Source: an uncultured bacterium
Lineage (GTDB): Bacteria; Patescibacteriota; Patescibacteriia; Magasanikbacterales; GWA2-37-8
Direction: 5' to 3'
Assembly (NCBI GenBank): GCA_937903605.1
Contig: CALCZC010000025.1
Coordinates: 67,275 to 131,274 of the forward strand
DNA length: 64,000 bases
Program-made: the position numbers and the translations under genes
Part shown: positions 38,101-47,157 of the stretch, piece by piece
Layout of the letters: each line of letters begins with the position of its first letter
Position numbering within the stretch: the first letter of the stretch is position 1
The notes under the pieces: model-generated
Seen by the model: the letters and a program-made list of their open reading frames with translations, nothing else
The model's database searches: none
Told to the model about the DNA's origin: nothing

Positions 38101-38226
38101 GATATTTTGCCACCAGTATCAATGTTTTCCCCAAACGGAGAAAGAACTAAAAAAAGAGAAGGTGTTTTGGATAAATTAACAAGATATTTTGAGAGGTTTT
38201 TTGATATTAGTAAAAGAGATTTATAG
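35170..38226 (+). CDS. hsdR: Type I restriction subunit R
   Basis: RYD..NGLPL.HIELK nuclease motif, TGSGKT, DECH, FTGTP and QAYSRTNR. Confidence 0.97.
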   Translation: MSKNNNYNLVAENTQSTVVAEYVSGTKRLSQYQSEDALEKAFIKQLESQAYEYIAIKSENDLILNLRKQLEKLNSYTFSDAEWDRFFTSEIANPNQSIEEKTATIQENEVKNLYGDDGKFKRNITLLDKKNIHNNSLQVINQYVTEDGQRSNRYDVTVLVNGLPLIHIELKRRGVAIQEAFNQINRYQRESFWASSGLFEYVQLFVISNGTHTKYYSNTTRSQHVKESQEGSKNKGKKTSNSFEFTSWWADATNRPITDLMDFAKTFFAKHAILNILTKYCVFTTDRLLLVMRPYQIVATERILNRIEVSTNYKKLGTTEAGGYIWHTTGSGKTLTSFKTAQLASKLSYVDKVLFVVDRKDLDYQTMKEYDKFEKGAANSNTSTAVLKKQLEDSNSRIIITTIQKLDRFIAKNSSHTIFDGHIVIIFDECHRSQFGEMHSSIIKSFNNYHLFGFTGTPIFSKNASAGGRPDFKTTEQAFGEKLHTYTIVDAISDKNVLPFKVDYVSTVKEAENIEDAQVKDIDREAVLSAPERLENIVRYIREHFDQKTKRNSFYKIQDRRLAGFNSVFAVSSIEVAKKYYLEFKRQLADEPSDKKLKVATIFSFGVNDEDIDGMIDENSEDTSGLDVSSREFLESAIKDYNKMFGTSYDTSSEKFQNYYKDVSEKVKKREIDILIVVNMFLTGFDATTLNTLWVDKNLRLHGLLQAYSRTNRILNSIKTFGNIVCFRNLEKATNEAIALFGDKEAGGIVLLKAYEDYYNGYKEGNKEVRGYKSFVNELLAKFPIGERIIGEQNQKDFIKLYGAILRVKNILATFDEFNGNEILSDRDVQDYHSMYIDLYNEFRKADDSEKENINDDIVFEMELIKQVEINIDYVLGLIKIYHEDHVKNKELLIDINKAIDSSVELRNKKDLINQFITSLDVHSIIDEDWQKFVEEKKVQELEQIIETENLDHEATYKFIKNSFRDGNIPITGTAISDILPPVSMFSPNGERTKKREGVLDKLTRYFERFFDISKRDL

Positions 38227-38232
38227 GTTTGT

Positions 38233-38946
38233 ATGAATATTTTAGGAATACACACTGAATTTATTGTTAATTCAACTCTATTAATAGGAGCTGTGGCTTA
38301 TCTATCACACTTTTTTGGTAAAGTCATAACCGACTGCAAACCAATAGTTGATGATCGTAAATGGGATGCCGAACTTTCCGGAGTTTATTATATTGGAATG
38401 TATGTTTTTTTGCCACTTACACTTTTATTAATCATTCCGCAATCCATATTGATGAATTTTCTTGATTCAATTGGTTTAAATAGTTTTGTTGCTGTTTTAT
38501 TACAGTTTATCCTTTGCTCTTATCTTTCTGTGTTTCAAGTAATTAAGTCACGGTTTTTTTACAGTGTGCCAACAGGACAAATAAAGTGGGTTGAAAAACG
38601 AATTGTAGAATATATAAAAAAGAAACGAAATTTTAAATTAAGTATTATTTTGGTGTTACTTGCACAAATACAATTATATTATTCTAGCAATGTTAGATTA
38701 TTTATTCTTGGTTTAATATTTTGTTTGATCTTTTATTTTTTACGTGCTGCCATATTTTCTTATGATAAAAATGTAAAACTAAATAAATTTAATATTTATT
38801 TTATAGATACAACGATTGCACCTTTACTTAATTATGATTTGGTTAAAATTAACGATGATCATATTAAGTTAAAAAAAGACGGTAAATTTATGATTATAAA
38901 TAAAAATACTATTTTACGTCTTGAGTGTTTAGAAAAAGAAAAATAA
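38233..38946 (+). CDS. Hypothetical multi-TM protein
   Basis: 237 aa with several hydrophobic segments; 6 nt after hsdR. Confidence 0.65.
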   Translation: MNILGIHTEFIVNSTLLIGAVAYLSHFFGKVITDCKPIVDDRKWDAELSGVYYIGMYVFLPLTLLLIIPQSILMNFLDSIGLNSFVAVLLQFILCSYLSVFQVIKSRFFYSVPTGQIKWVEKRIVEYIKKKRNFKLSIILVLLAQIQLYYSSNVRLFILGLIFCLIFYFLRAAIFSYDKNVKLNKFNIYFIDTTIAPLLNYDLVKINDDHIKLKKDGKFMIINKNTILRLECLEKEK

Positions 38947-38953
38947 TAAAAAT

Positions 38954-39592
38954 ATGAATTTAAATGATTATACCAAAAGATTTGAAAAATGTTATCAAAT
39001 TTTTTCCGAAACTTTTTTAAGTTTTTTTGTTTGGAAGGGATTACAAGATAAAGATTTTGAAAAGACATATTCAGAAAATAATTATTTTTGGTCCGCCATT
39101 CTTCGTTCGCTTGAAAATGATTGGCTTACTAATCTTGCAAAAATATATGAAGAATCAAGATATAGTAAAGAAAATGAAGTAATTTCTGTGTATGCTCTTG
39201 TATCATACCAGGCTGACCTTGATCGAGCAGTCAAAGTCAGACAGATTTTAGAAGTAAATGCAGATATTATTAAAAATATTCAAATTTTACGTCATAATCA
39301 GTTGGCGCACAATAATGCTGAGCATTTACTAAAGCCGGAGACGTTGTTAGAGAAATTTCCGATTGAATATAATAAAGTAGAACAACTTGTGTTGTTAACA
39401 GATGAAGTTTTATCAAATTTACATCCTGAAACGGGTCACGGATATATTTATAAAATGCTTTCTGAAGATGCTGTCAACGACAGTAAAAATATTATAAAAA
39501 AATTACAATATTATTCAAAACTTCACCATAATCATTCAGAAAAATTTAGGTGTGGAGAAGTAAATGATTGGAAATTTCCACCAGATTTATAA
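38954..39592 (+). CDS. HEPN-domain protein (AbiU2-like)
   Basis: Helical protein with LAKIYE and RHNQLAH (R-x5-H) motif. Confidence 0.65.
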   Translation: MNLNDYTKRFEKCYQIFSETFLSFFVWKGLQDKDFEKTYSENNYFWSAILRSLENDWLTNLAKIYEESRYSKENEVISVYALVSYQADLDRAVKVRQILEVNADIIKNIQILRHNQLAHNNAEHLLKPETLLEKFPIEYNKVEQLVLLTDEVLSNLHPETGHGYIYKMLSEDAVNDSKNIIKKLQYYSKLHHNHSEKFRCGEVNDWKFPPDL

Positions 39593-39603
39593 TTTAAATA
39601 AAT

Positions 39604-40179
39604 ATGCAAACACCGATTTTAATAAAAGAACATGTGAGTATAACTCAATTTATTAATTTTTGGTCAAGTTATTATATTTATGCAAAAATTGAAAATTATT
39701 ATATAAAAAATATAAATAAAAAAGTATTTGATAGTGAAACGTTAAACGCTTTATTTATGTGGAAGAATGGATCTGTGTTAAGTAAAAAAAAGAAAGATTC
39801 TCTGAATAAAAATATTATAAGAAAAATTGAAATAATAAATTCTCTTAAAAATAAATTTGATTTCGATCTGTTTAAAAAGGAATTTAAAAATGTGTCTGTA
39901 ATATGGAAAATTTTTCTTCTAAACTTAATTAAACCGAAAACATACCCCATATTTGATCAACATGTTTTTAGAGCGATGAAATTTATTAAATTTTCTAAAA
40001 TTGAAGAAGTTCCAAATAATGACAGAGAAAAAGAAGAAGTATATTTTGATGAATACATAGATTTTTTTAATAAAATTAAAGCTGAATTACCAAGAGATTT
40101 TGATAATAAAAAAATTGATGAAGCACTTTGGTCTTTTGGAAAATTTCTTAAGAGTAATTACAAAACAATTTTATGTTAG
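39604..40179 (+). CDS. Hypothetical protein, possible HhH-glycosylase-like fold
   Basis: WK..., YPIFDQHVFRAM and IDEALWSFGK motifs. Confidence 0.55.
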   Translation: MQTPILIKEHVSITQFINFWSSYYIYAKIENYYIKNINKKVFDSETLNALFMWKNGSVLSKKKKDSLNKNIIRKIEIINSLKNKFDFDLFKKEFKNVSVIWKIFLLNLIKPKTYPIFDQHVFRAMKFIKFSKIEEVPNNDREKEEVYFDEYIDFFNKIKAELPRDFDNKKIDEALWSFGKFLKSNYKTILC

Positions 40180-40946
40180 GTGCTATTGCCGGTGACATTA
40201 TAGGTTCCGCTTTTGAATGGAACAACAAAAAAACAACGGACTTCTCTTTGTTTTCTGAAAAATCTATTTTTACCGATGACACCATAATGACTGTGGTGGT
40301 GATGGAAAGTTTGCTTACAAATAAAGATTATTTTTTTAAATTCAAAGATATAGGTCGCAGGTATCCGGATGCCGGATGGGGAGATGTATTTAGACAGTGG
40401 CTTTTTTCTCGACAAGAAGAACCCAACGATAGCTTTGGAAACGGCGCGGCAATGAGAGTAAGCCCTATGGGTTTCTTTTTTGACGACCTTGATTCTGTTT
40501 TGGAAGAAACGGCAATATGTACAAATATATCCCACGACCACGTAGAAGCTCGCAAAGGCGCACAAGCTGTGGCTTCTGCCGTATTTTTGGCTAGGACCGG
40601 TAAAACCAAGCAAGAGATTAAAGAATACGTTGAAAAGAAGTTTGGATATGATTTAAGCAGAAAATTGGATGATATTCGGCCGAATTACAGGTATGATGTA
40701 AGTTGTCAGGGGTCCGTACCAGAAGCTATTATCGCTTTTTTGGAATCAGAAAATTTTGAGGATGCTATCCGAAAAGCGGTTTCTTTGGGAGGGGATAGTG
40801 ATACTATCGCTTGTATAACCGGTGGCGTTGCCGAAGCTTTTTATAAAGGTGTACCAATTGATATAATGGAAAAGGTTAGAGTTTTATTACCGCCAGAATT
40901 GTTGGAAATAGTAGATAAATTTTACGAATATATTAATAATAAATAA
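40173..40946 (+). CDS. ADP-ribosylglycohydrolase (DraG/ARH family)
   Basis: GAIAGDIIG, FTDDT, SFGNGAAMR and GGDSDT motifs. Confidence 0.93.
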   Translation: MLGAIAGDIIGSAFEWNNKKTTDFSLFSEKSIFTDDTIMTVVVMESLLTNKDYFFKFKDIGRRYPDAGWGDVFRQWLFSRQEEPNDSFGNGAAMRVSPMGFFFDDLDSVLEETAICTNISHDHVEARKGAQAVASAVFLARTGKTKQEIKEYVEKKFGYDLSRKLDDIRPNYRYDVSCQGSVPEAIIAFLESENFEDAIRKAVSLGGDSDTIACITGGVAEAFYKGVPIDIMEKVRVLLPPELLEIVDKFYEYINNK

Positions 40947-40947
40947 T

Positions 40948-41745
40948 ATGTCCGAATACTACACCCCCAAACGTACAAAAAATATCTTTGATCCAAAATC
41001 CAAAGAGCCTTTTAAAATATCTCGTTCCAAACTGGACCTATTTTTAAACTGCCCTCGCTGTTTTTATTTGGATCGTCGTCTCGGTGTTGGTCAACCGCCC
41101 GGATATCCTTTCAACCTCAACTCTGCCGTTGATGCCTTGCTCAAAAAAGAATTTGATATTCATCGCGCGAAAAACACTACCCATCCGCTCATGAAAACAT
41201 ACGGATTGGACCTTGTTCCGCTTGCCCATGACAAAATGAACGAATGGCGAGAGAATTTTGTCGGCGTGCAATATTTGCACGAGCCTACCAATTTGATTAT
41301 CACCGGCGCGGTTGATGATCTATGGGTGGATGCTCCCACCCCCTCTACCTCCTCTTCCGCCAAAGGCGGACAGGCGGGCAGGGGGAGAGAAAAAATTTAT
41401 ATTGTTGACTACAAGTCTACGAGTAAAAGCACGGAAGTGAACTTGGATGCTGACTGGCAAATAGGATATAAGAGACAGATGGAGGTTTATCAATGGTTGA
41501 TGCGTAAAAATGGCTTTCAGGTTTCTGATACCGGTTATTTTGTCTATTGCAACGGCCGGACCGACCGAGAGGCCTTTGACAGTAAATTGGAATTTGATGT
41601 AAAGATTATTCCCTACATTGGCGATGATAGTTGGGTGGAAAAAGCCATCGTTGCCGCGCACAAATGTCTGATGAGCGACAAAATCCCCAAAGCAGGGGAG
41701 GGTTGCGATTTTTGTCGTTACGTCGATGAAGCGAGTAAATTTTAG
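40948..41745 (+). CDS. PD-(D/E)XK nuclease, RecB/Cas4-like, with Cys cluster
   Basis: CPRCFY, GAVDD, VDYKST, QMEVY and CDFC motifs. Confidence 0.88.
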   Translation: MSEYYTPKRTKNIFDPKSKEPFKISRSKLDLFLNCPRCFYLDRRLGVGQPPGYPFNLNSAVDALLKKEFDIHRAKNTTHPLMKTYGLDLVPLAHDKMNEWRENFVGVQYLHEPTNLIITGAVDDLWVDAPTPSTSSSAKGGQAGRGREKIYIVDYKSTSKSTEVNLDADWQIGYKRQMEVYQWLMRKNGFQVSDTGYFVYCNGRTDREAFDSKLEFDVKIIPYIGDDSWVEKAIVAAHKCLMSDKIPKAGEGCDFCRYVDEASKF

Positions 41746-41774
41746 ATTTTAGATTGCTGATTTTAGATTTAAAT

Positions 41775-42107
41775 ATGGAAGACGATCCATCTATACAACA
41801 AAGTATAAAATTTTTAAAAATAACACTGATTATATTTAAGATATTTCTTTTTGTGTTAGTTTTATTTATTGGATATGTAGTTATTAATATTAAAGGTTTG
41901 AATAAAAATAGATCAACTATAGATAATTCCTGGAATTATTTTCAAGACAATACAAACGCTACTCCAATACAGAAAAAAACAGAAACGCCCATTATTGAAG
42001 AAAAAACAAAACAACTAAGTGACGAAGAGCTAAAAGCTATTTATCAAGCTCAAGAAAATGAAATTAAGGAAGCGGAAGAAAGGGCTAGACAAAAATATAA
42101 TTTTTAA
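41775..42107 (+). CDS. Single-TM hypothetical protein
   Basis: ATG at 41775, one TM helix, charged C-terminus. Confidence 0.6.
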   Translation: MEDDPSIQQSIKFLKITLIIFKIFLFVLVLFIGYVVINIKGLNKNRSTIDNSWNYFQDNTNATPIQKKTETPIIEEKTKQLSDEELKAIYQAQENEIKEAEERARQKYNF

Positions 42108-42110
42108 TTT

Positions 42111-42713
42111 ATGTTCAAACAAGTTATTGTCATCCATGGCGGAGACAGTTACAACACTTACAAAGAATATCTTTCCAATTTAAAAAAGATAAATTTAAAT
42201 TTTGAAAAGATGTTTCGAAAAGGTTGGAAAGATGGTTTAGATAAATCGCTTGGTAAAAACTTTCAAGTGATAATGCCAAGCATGCCCAACAAATCCAATG
42301 CTCGTTTTGAAGAATGGAAAATTTGGTTTGAGAAATTGTTCCCGTATTTAAACAAAGAAGTTATTTTAATAGGACATTCGCTTGGTGCCAGTTTTTTGCT
42401 CCGATATTTATCGGAGAATAAGTTCCCCAAAAAAATTAAAGCGACTTTTTTAGTCTCTGCTCCTTACGAGCAAACAGGCATGAAGACGGAATTGGGCGAC
42501 AGTTTCCGTTTTGGCAAAGATATGAGTTTGCTTATTAAGCAATCGCCAAGATTGGTTTTTTATCACAGCAAAGACGACAAAATCGTGCCTTATGCGGATT
42601 TTAAGAAGTTTCAAGATCTTTTCCCCGGCGCTTGTTTTGTAGAATTTGCAGATAGGGGACATTTCAATCAAGAAAATTTCCCAGAAATAGTTAAAGATTT
42701 GAAAGTACTTTAG
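42111..42713 (+). CDS. RBBP9/YdeN-family alpha/beta hydrolase
   Basis: IHGG, GHSLG, SKDD.IVP and RGHF motifs. Confidence 0.88.
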   Translation: MFKQVIVIHGGDSYNTYKEYLSNLKKINLNFEKMFRKGWKDGLDKSLGKNFQVIMPSMPNKSNARFEEWKIWFEKLFPYLNKEVILIGHSLGASFLLRYLSENKFPKKIKATFLVSAPYEQTGMKTELGDSFRFGKDMSLLIKQSPRLVFYHSKDDKIVPYADFKKFQDLFPGACFVEFADRGHFNQENFPEIVKDLKVL

Positions 42714-42717
42714 ATTT

Positions 42718-43194
42718 ATGAGTGTTGTTACCTTTAAACCTCACGACAGAAAAGACATTCCCTTGCGAGTAAAATGGTTGAATAATAAAAAAGCCAATGT
42801 TTGCGCTATTGATAATCCGGAAAGCGGAACGACTTTAGAAAAAGAAACGAAGTGGTTTGATGAATATGAAAAAAATCCAACCAAAAAATTCTTTACCATT
42901 TATAGCGATGAAACACCGATTGGGTTGATGGGGCTATCTAATATTAATTTAAATACTAAAACCGCCAAATTATTTATTTTGATAGGGGAGGATGAATATC
43001 GTGGAAAAGGAATTGGAAAAACATCGCTCAAATATATAATTGATTATGCTTTTAATGATATAGGACTCTATTCTATTTTTTTGGAAGTGAAGAGAATTAA
43101 TTATCCAGCAATCAAACTTTATGAATCATTTGGTTTTGTAGATAACGGACCAGGAGATAAAGAATTTAGATATATGGTGTTTGATAAAAAATAA
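42718..43194 (+). CDS. GNAT acetyltransferase (RimJ/RimL-like)
   Basis: YRGKGIG and N.PAIKLYESFGF motifs. Confidence 0.88.
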   Translation: MSVVTFKPHDRKDIPLRVKWLNNKKANVCAIDNPESGTTLEKETKWFDEYEKNPTKKFFTIYSDETPIGLMGLSNINLNTKTAKLFILIGEDEYRGKGIGKTSLKYIIDYAFNDIGLYSIFLEVKRINYPAIKLYESFGFVDNGPGDKEFRYMVFDKK

Positions 43195-43208
43195 AATATT
43201 AAAATTAT

Positions 43209-43901
43209 ATGTCCAAACCTCGTCGTGTTGCTATCTTTGACATTGACGGAACGATATTTCGCTCCAGTCTTTTGATTGAGATAACCGAAGCCCTGATAGA
43301 TGAAGGTATATTTTCTCCCAATACCAGAAATATCTACATGAAACCCTACAAAAACTGGTCCAATCGCCGGGATACTTATGAGAAATACATTGATTCGGTG
43401 GTAGTGGCTTTCTTGAAAAACATCAAAGGTGTTGATTATGATATTTTTACCAAAATTGTCAGAAGGGTGATAAATGCGAAAAAAGACCGGGTTTATCGTT
43501 ATACTCGCGATTTGGTACATGACCTAAAAAAGAAAGGATTTTTCTTGTTGGCAATTTCTCAATCACCCAAAGAACTCGTGCAAGATTTCGGTTATAAGAT
43601 GGGGTTTGATAAAGTTTACGGTCAATATTACGAAGTTGGTAAAAACAAGAAATTTACCGGTAAAGTTTTATCATTAGAGATGACCGGCAACAAAGCCAAT
43701 TTACTCAACCGCGCGTTGGAGAGAAACAATATTACTTTGAAAGGATCTGTTGGAGTTGGGGATAGTGAAAGTGACATTGCTTTTTTGAAAATGGTGGATA
43801 ATCCGATTTGTTTCAATCCCAACAACAAACTTTACCAACATGCCAAAAAACATGGGTGGGCTGTGGTGGTGGAGAGGAAAGACGTAACATATAAGATATA
43901 A
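43209..43901 (+). CDS. HAD-IB phosphatase (SerB-like)
   Basis: FDIDGT, ISQS and GDSESD motifs. Confidence 0.9.
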   Translation: MSKPRRVAIFDIDGTIFRSSLLIEITEALIDEGIFSPNTRNIYMKPYKNWSNRRDTYEKYIDSVVVAFLKNIKGVDYDIFTKIVRRVINAKKDRVYRYTRDLVHDLKKKGFFLLAISQSPKELVQDFGYKMGFDKVYGQYYEVGKNKKFTGKVLSLEMTGNKANLLNRALERNNITLKGSVGVGDSESDIAFLKMVDNPICFNPNNKLYQHAKKHGWAVVVERKDVTYKI

Positions 43902-43949
43902 AAAATACTGGATATTGAATATTGAATATTGCGAAAATAAATAAATAAT

Positions 43950-44027
43950 ATGATGTCTATGATTATAATAGGAATAGTATTAATTTTGGTGATAGTTGGA
44001 GTGGTGAGTTGGTATTTTGTAGATTGA
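43950..44027 (+). CDS. Possible 25-aa single-TM peptide
   Basis: MMSMIIIGIVLILVIVGVVSWYFVD; below the ORF-track cutoff. Confidence 0.35.
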   Translation: MMSMIIIGIVLILVIVGVVSWYFVD

Positions 44028-44064
44028 AAGATTACAAGATTTAAAGATTACAAGATTAACAAAA

Positions 44065-44177
44065 TGTCATCCCCGCGAAGGCGGGGATCCAGGACATTTC
44101 GCCACTGGACCTGCCTGTCCGGTAGGCAGGTTCCCGCTCGTCCCAAAGGGACCCCTTCGGGGGAGGCGGGAATGACA
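44065..44177. repeat. Inverted TGTCAT REP pair; second copy carries two inserts
   Basis: 44065-44092 TGTCATCCCCGCGAAGGCGGGGATCCAG; reverse copy at 44105-44177 with CCTGCCTGTCCGGTAGGCAGG and TCCCAAAGGGACCCCTTCGGGG. Confidence 0.88.
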
Positions 44178-44245
44178 AGTCAACGTAAATTGATAACTAA
44201 AAATTAATTAAAAATTGTAAAATTATAAAATTAAAAATTGCCATT

Positions 44246-44647
44246 ATGTCCAACTGTATTTTTTGTAAAATCATTGCCGGAGAAATTCCGTGCCATAAAA
44301 TCTATGAAGACGATTATGCTTTGGCATTCCTAGATATTTTTCCTCATGCCAAGGGTCACACAGTCGTGATTCCAAAAAAACATTTGGAAAATATTGATGA
44401 ATTTAGCGCGGAGGAATGGAACTTTTTGATGTCTGCGGTTCACAAAGTTGCCAAAAGAGTAGAGGAAGTACTCAAGCCAGACGGGCTCAATATCGCGATG
44501 AATGATAAGCCTGTTGCCGGACAAATAGTACCACACACCCATTGGCATATCTTGCCGAGATACGAGGGCGACGGGGGAGGATCTATACATTCTATAATTA
44601 AAAATCCCGGGGATATCAAACCCGAAGAATTGATAAAATTATTTTAA
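44246..44647 (+). CDS. HIT-family nucleotide hydrolase
   Basis: CIFCKI, GHTVVIPKKH and GQIVPHTHWH motifs. Confidence 0.95.
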   Translation: MSNCIFCKIIAGEIPCHKIYEDDYALAFLDIFPHAKGHTVVIPKKHLENIDEFSAEEWNFLMSAVHKVAKRVEEVLKPDGLNIAMNDKPVAGQIVPHTHWHILPRYEGDGGGSIHSIIKNPGDIKPEELIKLF

Positions 44648-44650
44648 ATT

Positions 44651-45202
44651 ATGCGTAAAGCAAAAAAAACCGACGAAGAAATAATTCACCAAAATCCGTG
44701 GTGGACTTACAAACACGACAAATTTGAAAAAGACGACGGCACTGTCGGTGATTATTTTTATGCGCAAACAAATAACAGTGCGATGATCGTGCCTGTGCTT
44801 GATGACGGGAGAGTGATATTAGTCAGTCAATATCGCTATTTACAAGATCGAGAAAGTATCGAATTTCCTTGCGGACAATTACAAGAAGACGAAGCGCCCT
44901 CAGAAGGTGCCAAGCGTGAATTGTTTGAAGAAACCGGTTATAAAGGCGGGGATTTGATCAAAGTAGGTAATTTTTGCGGAATAAAAGGTATGGTCAAAGA
45001 CGATACTCATCTATTCCTCGGGACCGATCTCAAACAAATAGATGAACCGCAAAAGGAAGATGATAGCGGGAAGATGGAAGTGATTTATCGTCGAGTGGAT
45101 GAATTGGAACAAATGATAATAGACGGTAAAATCTGGGATGGGCAAACGTTGGCTGCTTGGGCGCTAGTGCGCGATCATCTGCACAAATTAATTTCCGGAT
45201 AA
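44651..45202 (+). CDS. NUDIX hydrolase (ADP-ribose pyrophosphatase-like)
   Basis: QYRY, EFPCG and AKRELFEETG Nudix box. Confidence 0.9.
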   Translation: MRKAKKTDEEIIHQNPWWTYKHDKFEKDDGTVGDYFYAQTNNSAMIVPVLDDGRVILVSQYRYLQDRESIEFPCGQLQEDEAPSEGAKRELFEETGYKGGDLIKVGNFCGIKGMVKDDTHLFLGTDLKQIDEPQKEDDSGKMEVIYRRVDELEQMIIDGKIWDGQTLAAWALVRDHLHKLISG

Positions 45203-45261
45203 GCTATTTTTAGAGTTTTTGTTTTTGTGATATAATATAGTTAGCTAAAAAAATTTTAAAT

Positions 45262-47157
45262 GTGAGTGATAATTTTTGGGACAATTTAGAAGAGGCAGAA
45301 AAAGAACCGGAGTTTTACGCACCTCCGGATGTTAATTATTTCGCCATGACCAATTTCCGCAATCAAATGCGTAAATTTGGTATCAAGACCGATGACCGTC
45401 GCCGACACATGTATGTTATCGGTAAGACCGGTATGGGTAAGACCACGGTGCTTGAAAATATGGTGCTCAACGATATCTATGCCGGGCATGGAGTTGGTTT
45501 GGTTGATCCGCATGGAGATTTTGCCGAAAAAATCATCAACTATATTCCGCCCCGTCGCATCAATGATGTGGTATATTTTAATCCGGCTGATATGGATTTT
45601 CCGGTCGGTTTTAATATTTTTGAAACCGTTCGTCCGGAACACAAACATCTGGTGGCTAGCGGTTTGATGGGTGTTTTCAAAAAGATTTGGGTAGATATGT
45701 GGAGTTCTCGCATGGAATATATTCTCAATAATACTATTTTGGCGTTGCTCGAATATCCGGGTACGACACTACTTGGTATCAATCGCATGTTGGCTGATGA
45801 CGAATATCGTAATCGTATCGTTGCCAATCTCAAAGATCCGGTAGTAAAAGCTTTTTGGCAAAGTGAATTTGCCGGTTATAACGACAGATACAAACAAGAA
45901 GCGGTCGCGCCTATCCAAAACAAGATCGGTCAGTTTTTGTCCGCTTCGGTTATCCGCAACATCGTGGCACAAGTAAAAAGCAAGATAAACATCCGCGAAA
46001 TCATGGATCAAAAAAAGATTTTTATCATGAATTTATCCAAAGGTAGAATCGGGGAGGATAATTCTCGACTCTTGGGAGGTATGCTCATCACCAAAATCCA
46101 ACTCTCTGCCATGGAACGTGTAGATATGGCGGAAAAAGATCGTAAAGATTTCTTTTTATACGTGGATGAGTTTCAAAATTTTGCGACTGAAAGTTTTTCC
46201 AATATTTTGTCCGAAGCGCGTAAATATCGCTTGGATTTGACCATGGCGCATCAATATATGGATCAGCTTGATGAACACGTACGCGCCGCGGTAATAGGTA
46301 ACGTCGGCAGTATCGTTACTTATCGTGTAGGTTCGACAGATGCGGAAATATTGGGCAAAGAGTTTGCGCCGATTTTCACGGAAGAAGATCTGATCAACTT
46401 ACCAAAATACAACGTTTACCTCAAATTGATGATTGACGGCGTGGCCTCACGTCCTTTTAGTGCCATCACCTTGCCGCCTATTGGCAAACCTACCGGTAGT
46501 TTGGAAAAAGTGGTACGCGTATCTCGTGAACGTTACGCGACACCGCGCGATCAGATAGAAGATAAGATTATGCGTTGGAGCGGAATGGAAGAAAATATTG
46601 ATGAAAACAGAGAATTGGATGAAGATGAAATAGAGTTTAATAAAGCCGCGCCTTTGGTAAAAACTCCCGATACCGGCGGAAAAAAAGAATTTAAGAAAAA
46701 CGATTTTCGCGGTGACAAAAAAAGTAAACCAAATTTTAATAAAAAAGATAAAAAAAGTTTTGATTTTGCCTCTTTGCGACCAGATCCGGTTTTTGTTCCG
46801 CCACCAACGGTTAAGATTCCGCGTAAAGAAATTGTTCCGCCAAAGCCGGTAATAAAAACCGAGCCCAAAATCATAGAACAGAAAACAACTACGCTTTCAT
46901 TGTCTTCTTTGCAAAATAGGACAGATGTCAAACCACCGGAAAAATTGGCGCAAAAAATAGCCCCGGAACCGATTGAAAAAGAAATTGTTGAAGAACCACC
47001 GCAAAGTATCAATTTCAGCGATTTAAAGCGTTCCCACAAAGCAGAACCGCCAAAAAAAGTGGAAAATAAACCGAATTTGCCGAAAACCGAAAAGCCGCGA
47101 GAAAATCAAGGTAATCCGAAACCGCTAAAGCCAAATGATGTGGTAACTTTTGATTAA
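45262..47157 (+). CDS. VirB4/TraG/HerA-like ATPase (CPR type) with Pro/Lys-rich tail
   Basis: RRHMYVIGKTGMGKT, DPHGD, YVDEFQNF and SEARKY motifs. Confidence 0.85.
   Translation: MSDNFWDNLEEAEKEPEFYAPPDVNYFAMTNFRNQMRKFGIKTDDRRRHMYVIGKTGMGKTTVLENMVLNDIYAGHGVGLVDPHGDFAEKIINYIPPRRINDVVYFNPADMDFPVGFNIFETVRPEHKHLVASGLMGVFKKIWVDMWSSRMEYILNNTILALLEYPGTTLLGINRMLADDEYRNRIVANLKDPVVKAFWQSEFAGYNDRYKQEAVAPIQNKIGQFLSASVIRNIVAQVKSKINIREIMDQKKIFIMNLSKGRIGEDNSRLLGGMLITKIQLSAMERVDMAEKDRKDFFLYVDEFQNFATESFSNILSEARKYRLDLTMAHQYMDQLDEHVRAAVIGNVGSIVTYRVGSTDAEILGKEFAPIFTEEDLINLPKYNVYLKLMIDGVASRPFSAITLPPIGKPTGSLEKVVRVSRERYATPRDQIEDKIMRWSGMEENIDENRELDEDEIEFNKAAPLVKTPDTGGKKEFKKNDFRGDKKSKPNFNKKDKKSFDFASLRPDPVFVPPPTVKIPRKEIVPPKPVIKTEPKIIEQKTTTLSLSSLQNRTDVKPPEKLAQKIAPEPIEKEIVEEPPQSINFSDLKRSHKAEPPKKVENKPNLPKTEKPRENQGNPKPLKPNDVVTFD

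Noticed and set aside
45262-47157. Conjugative element based on the VirB4/TraG-like ATPase
   Set aside because: No relaxase or other T4SS genes adjacent; it lies among housekeeping genes.
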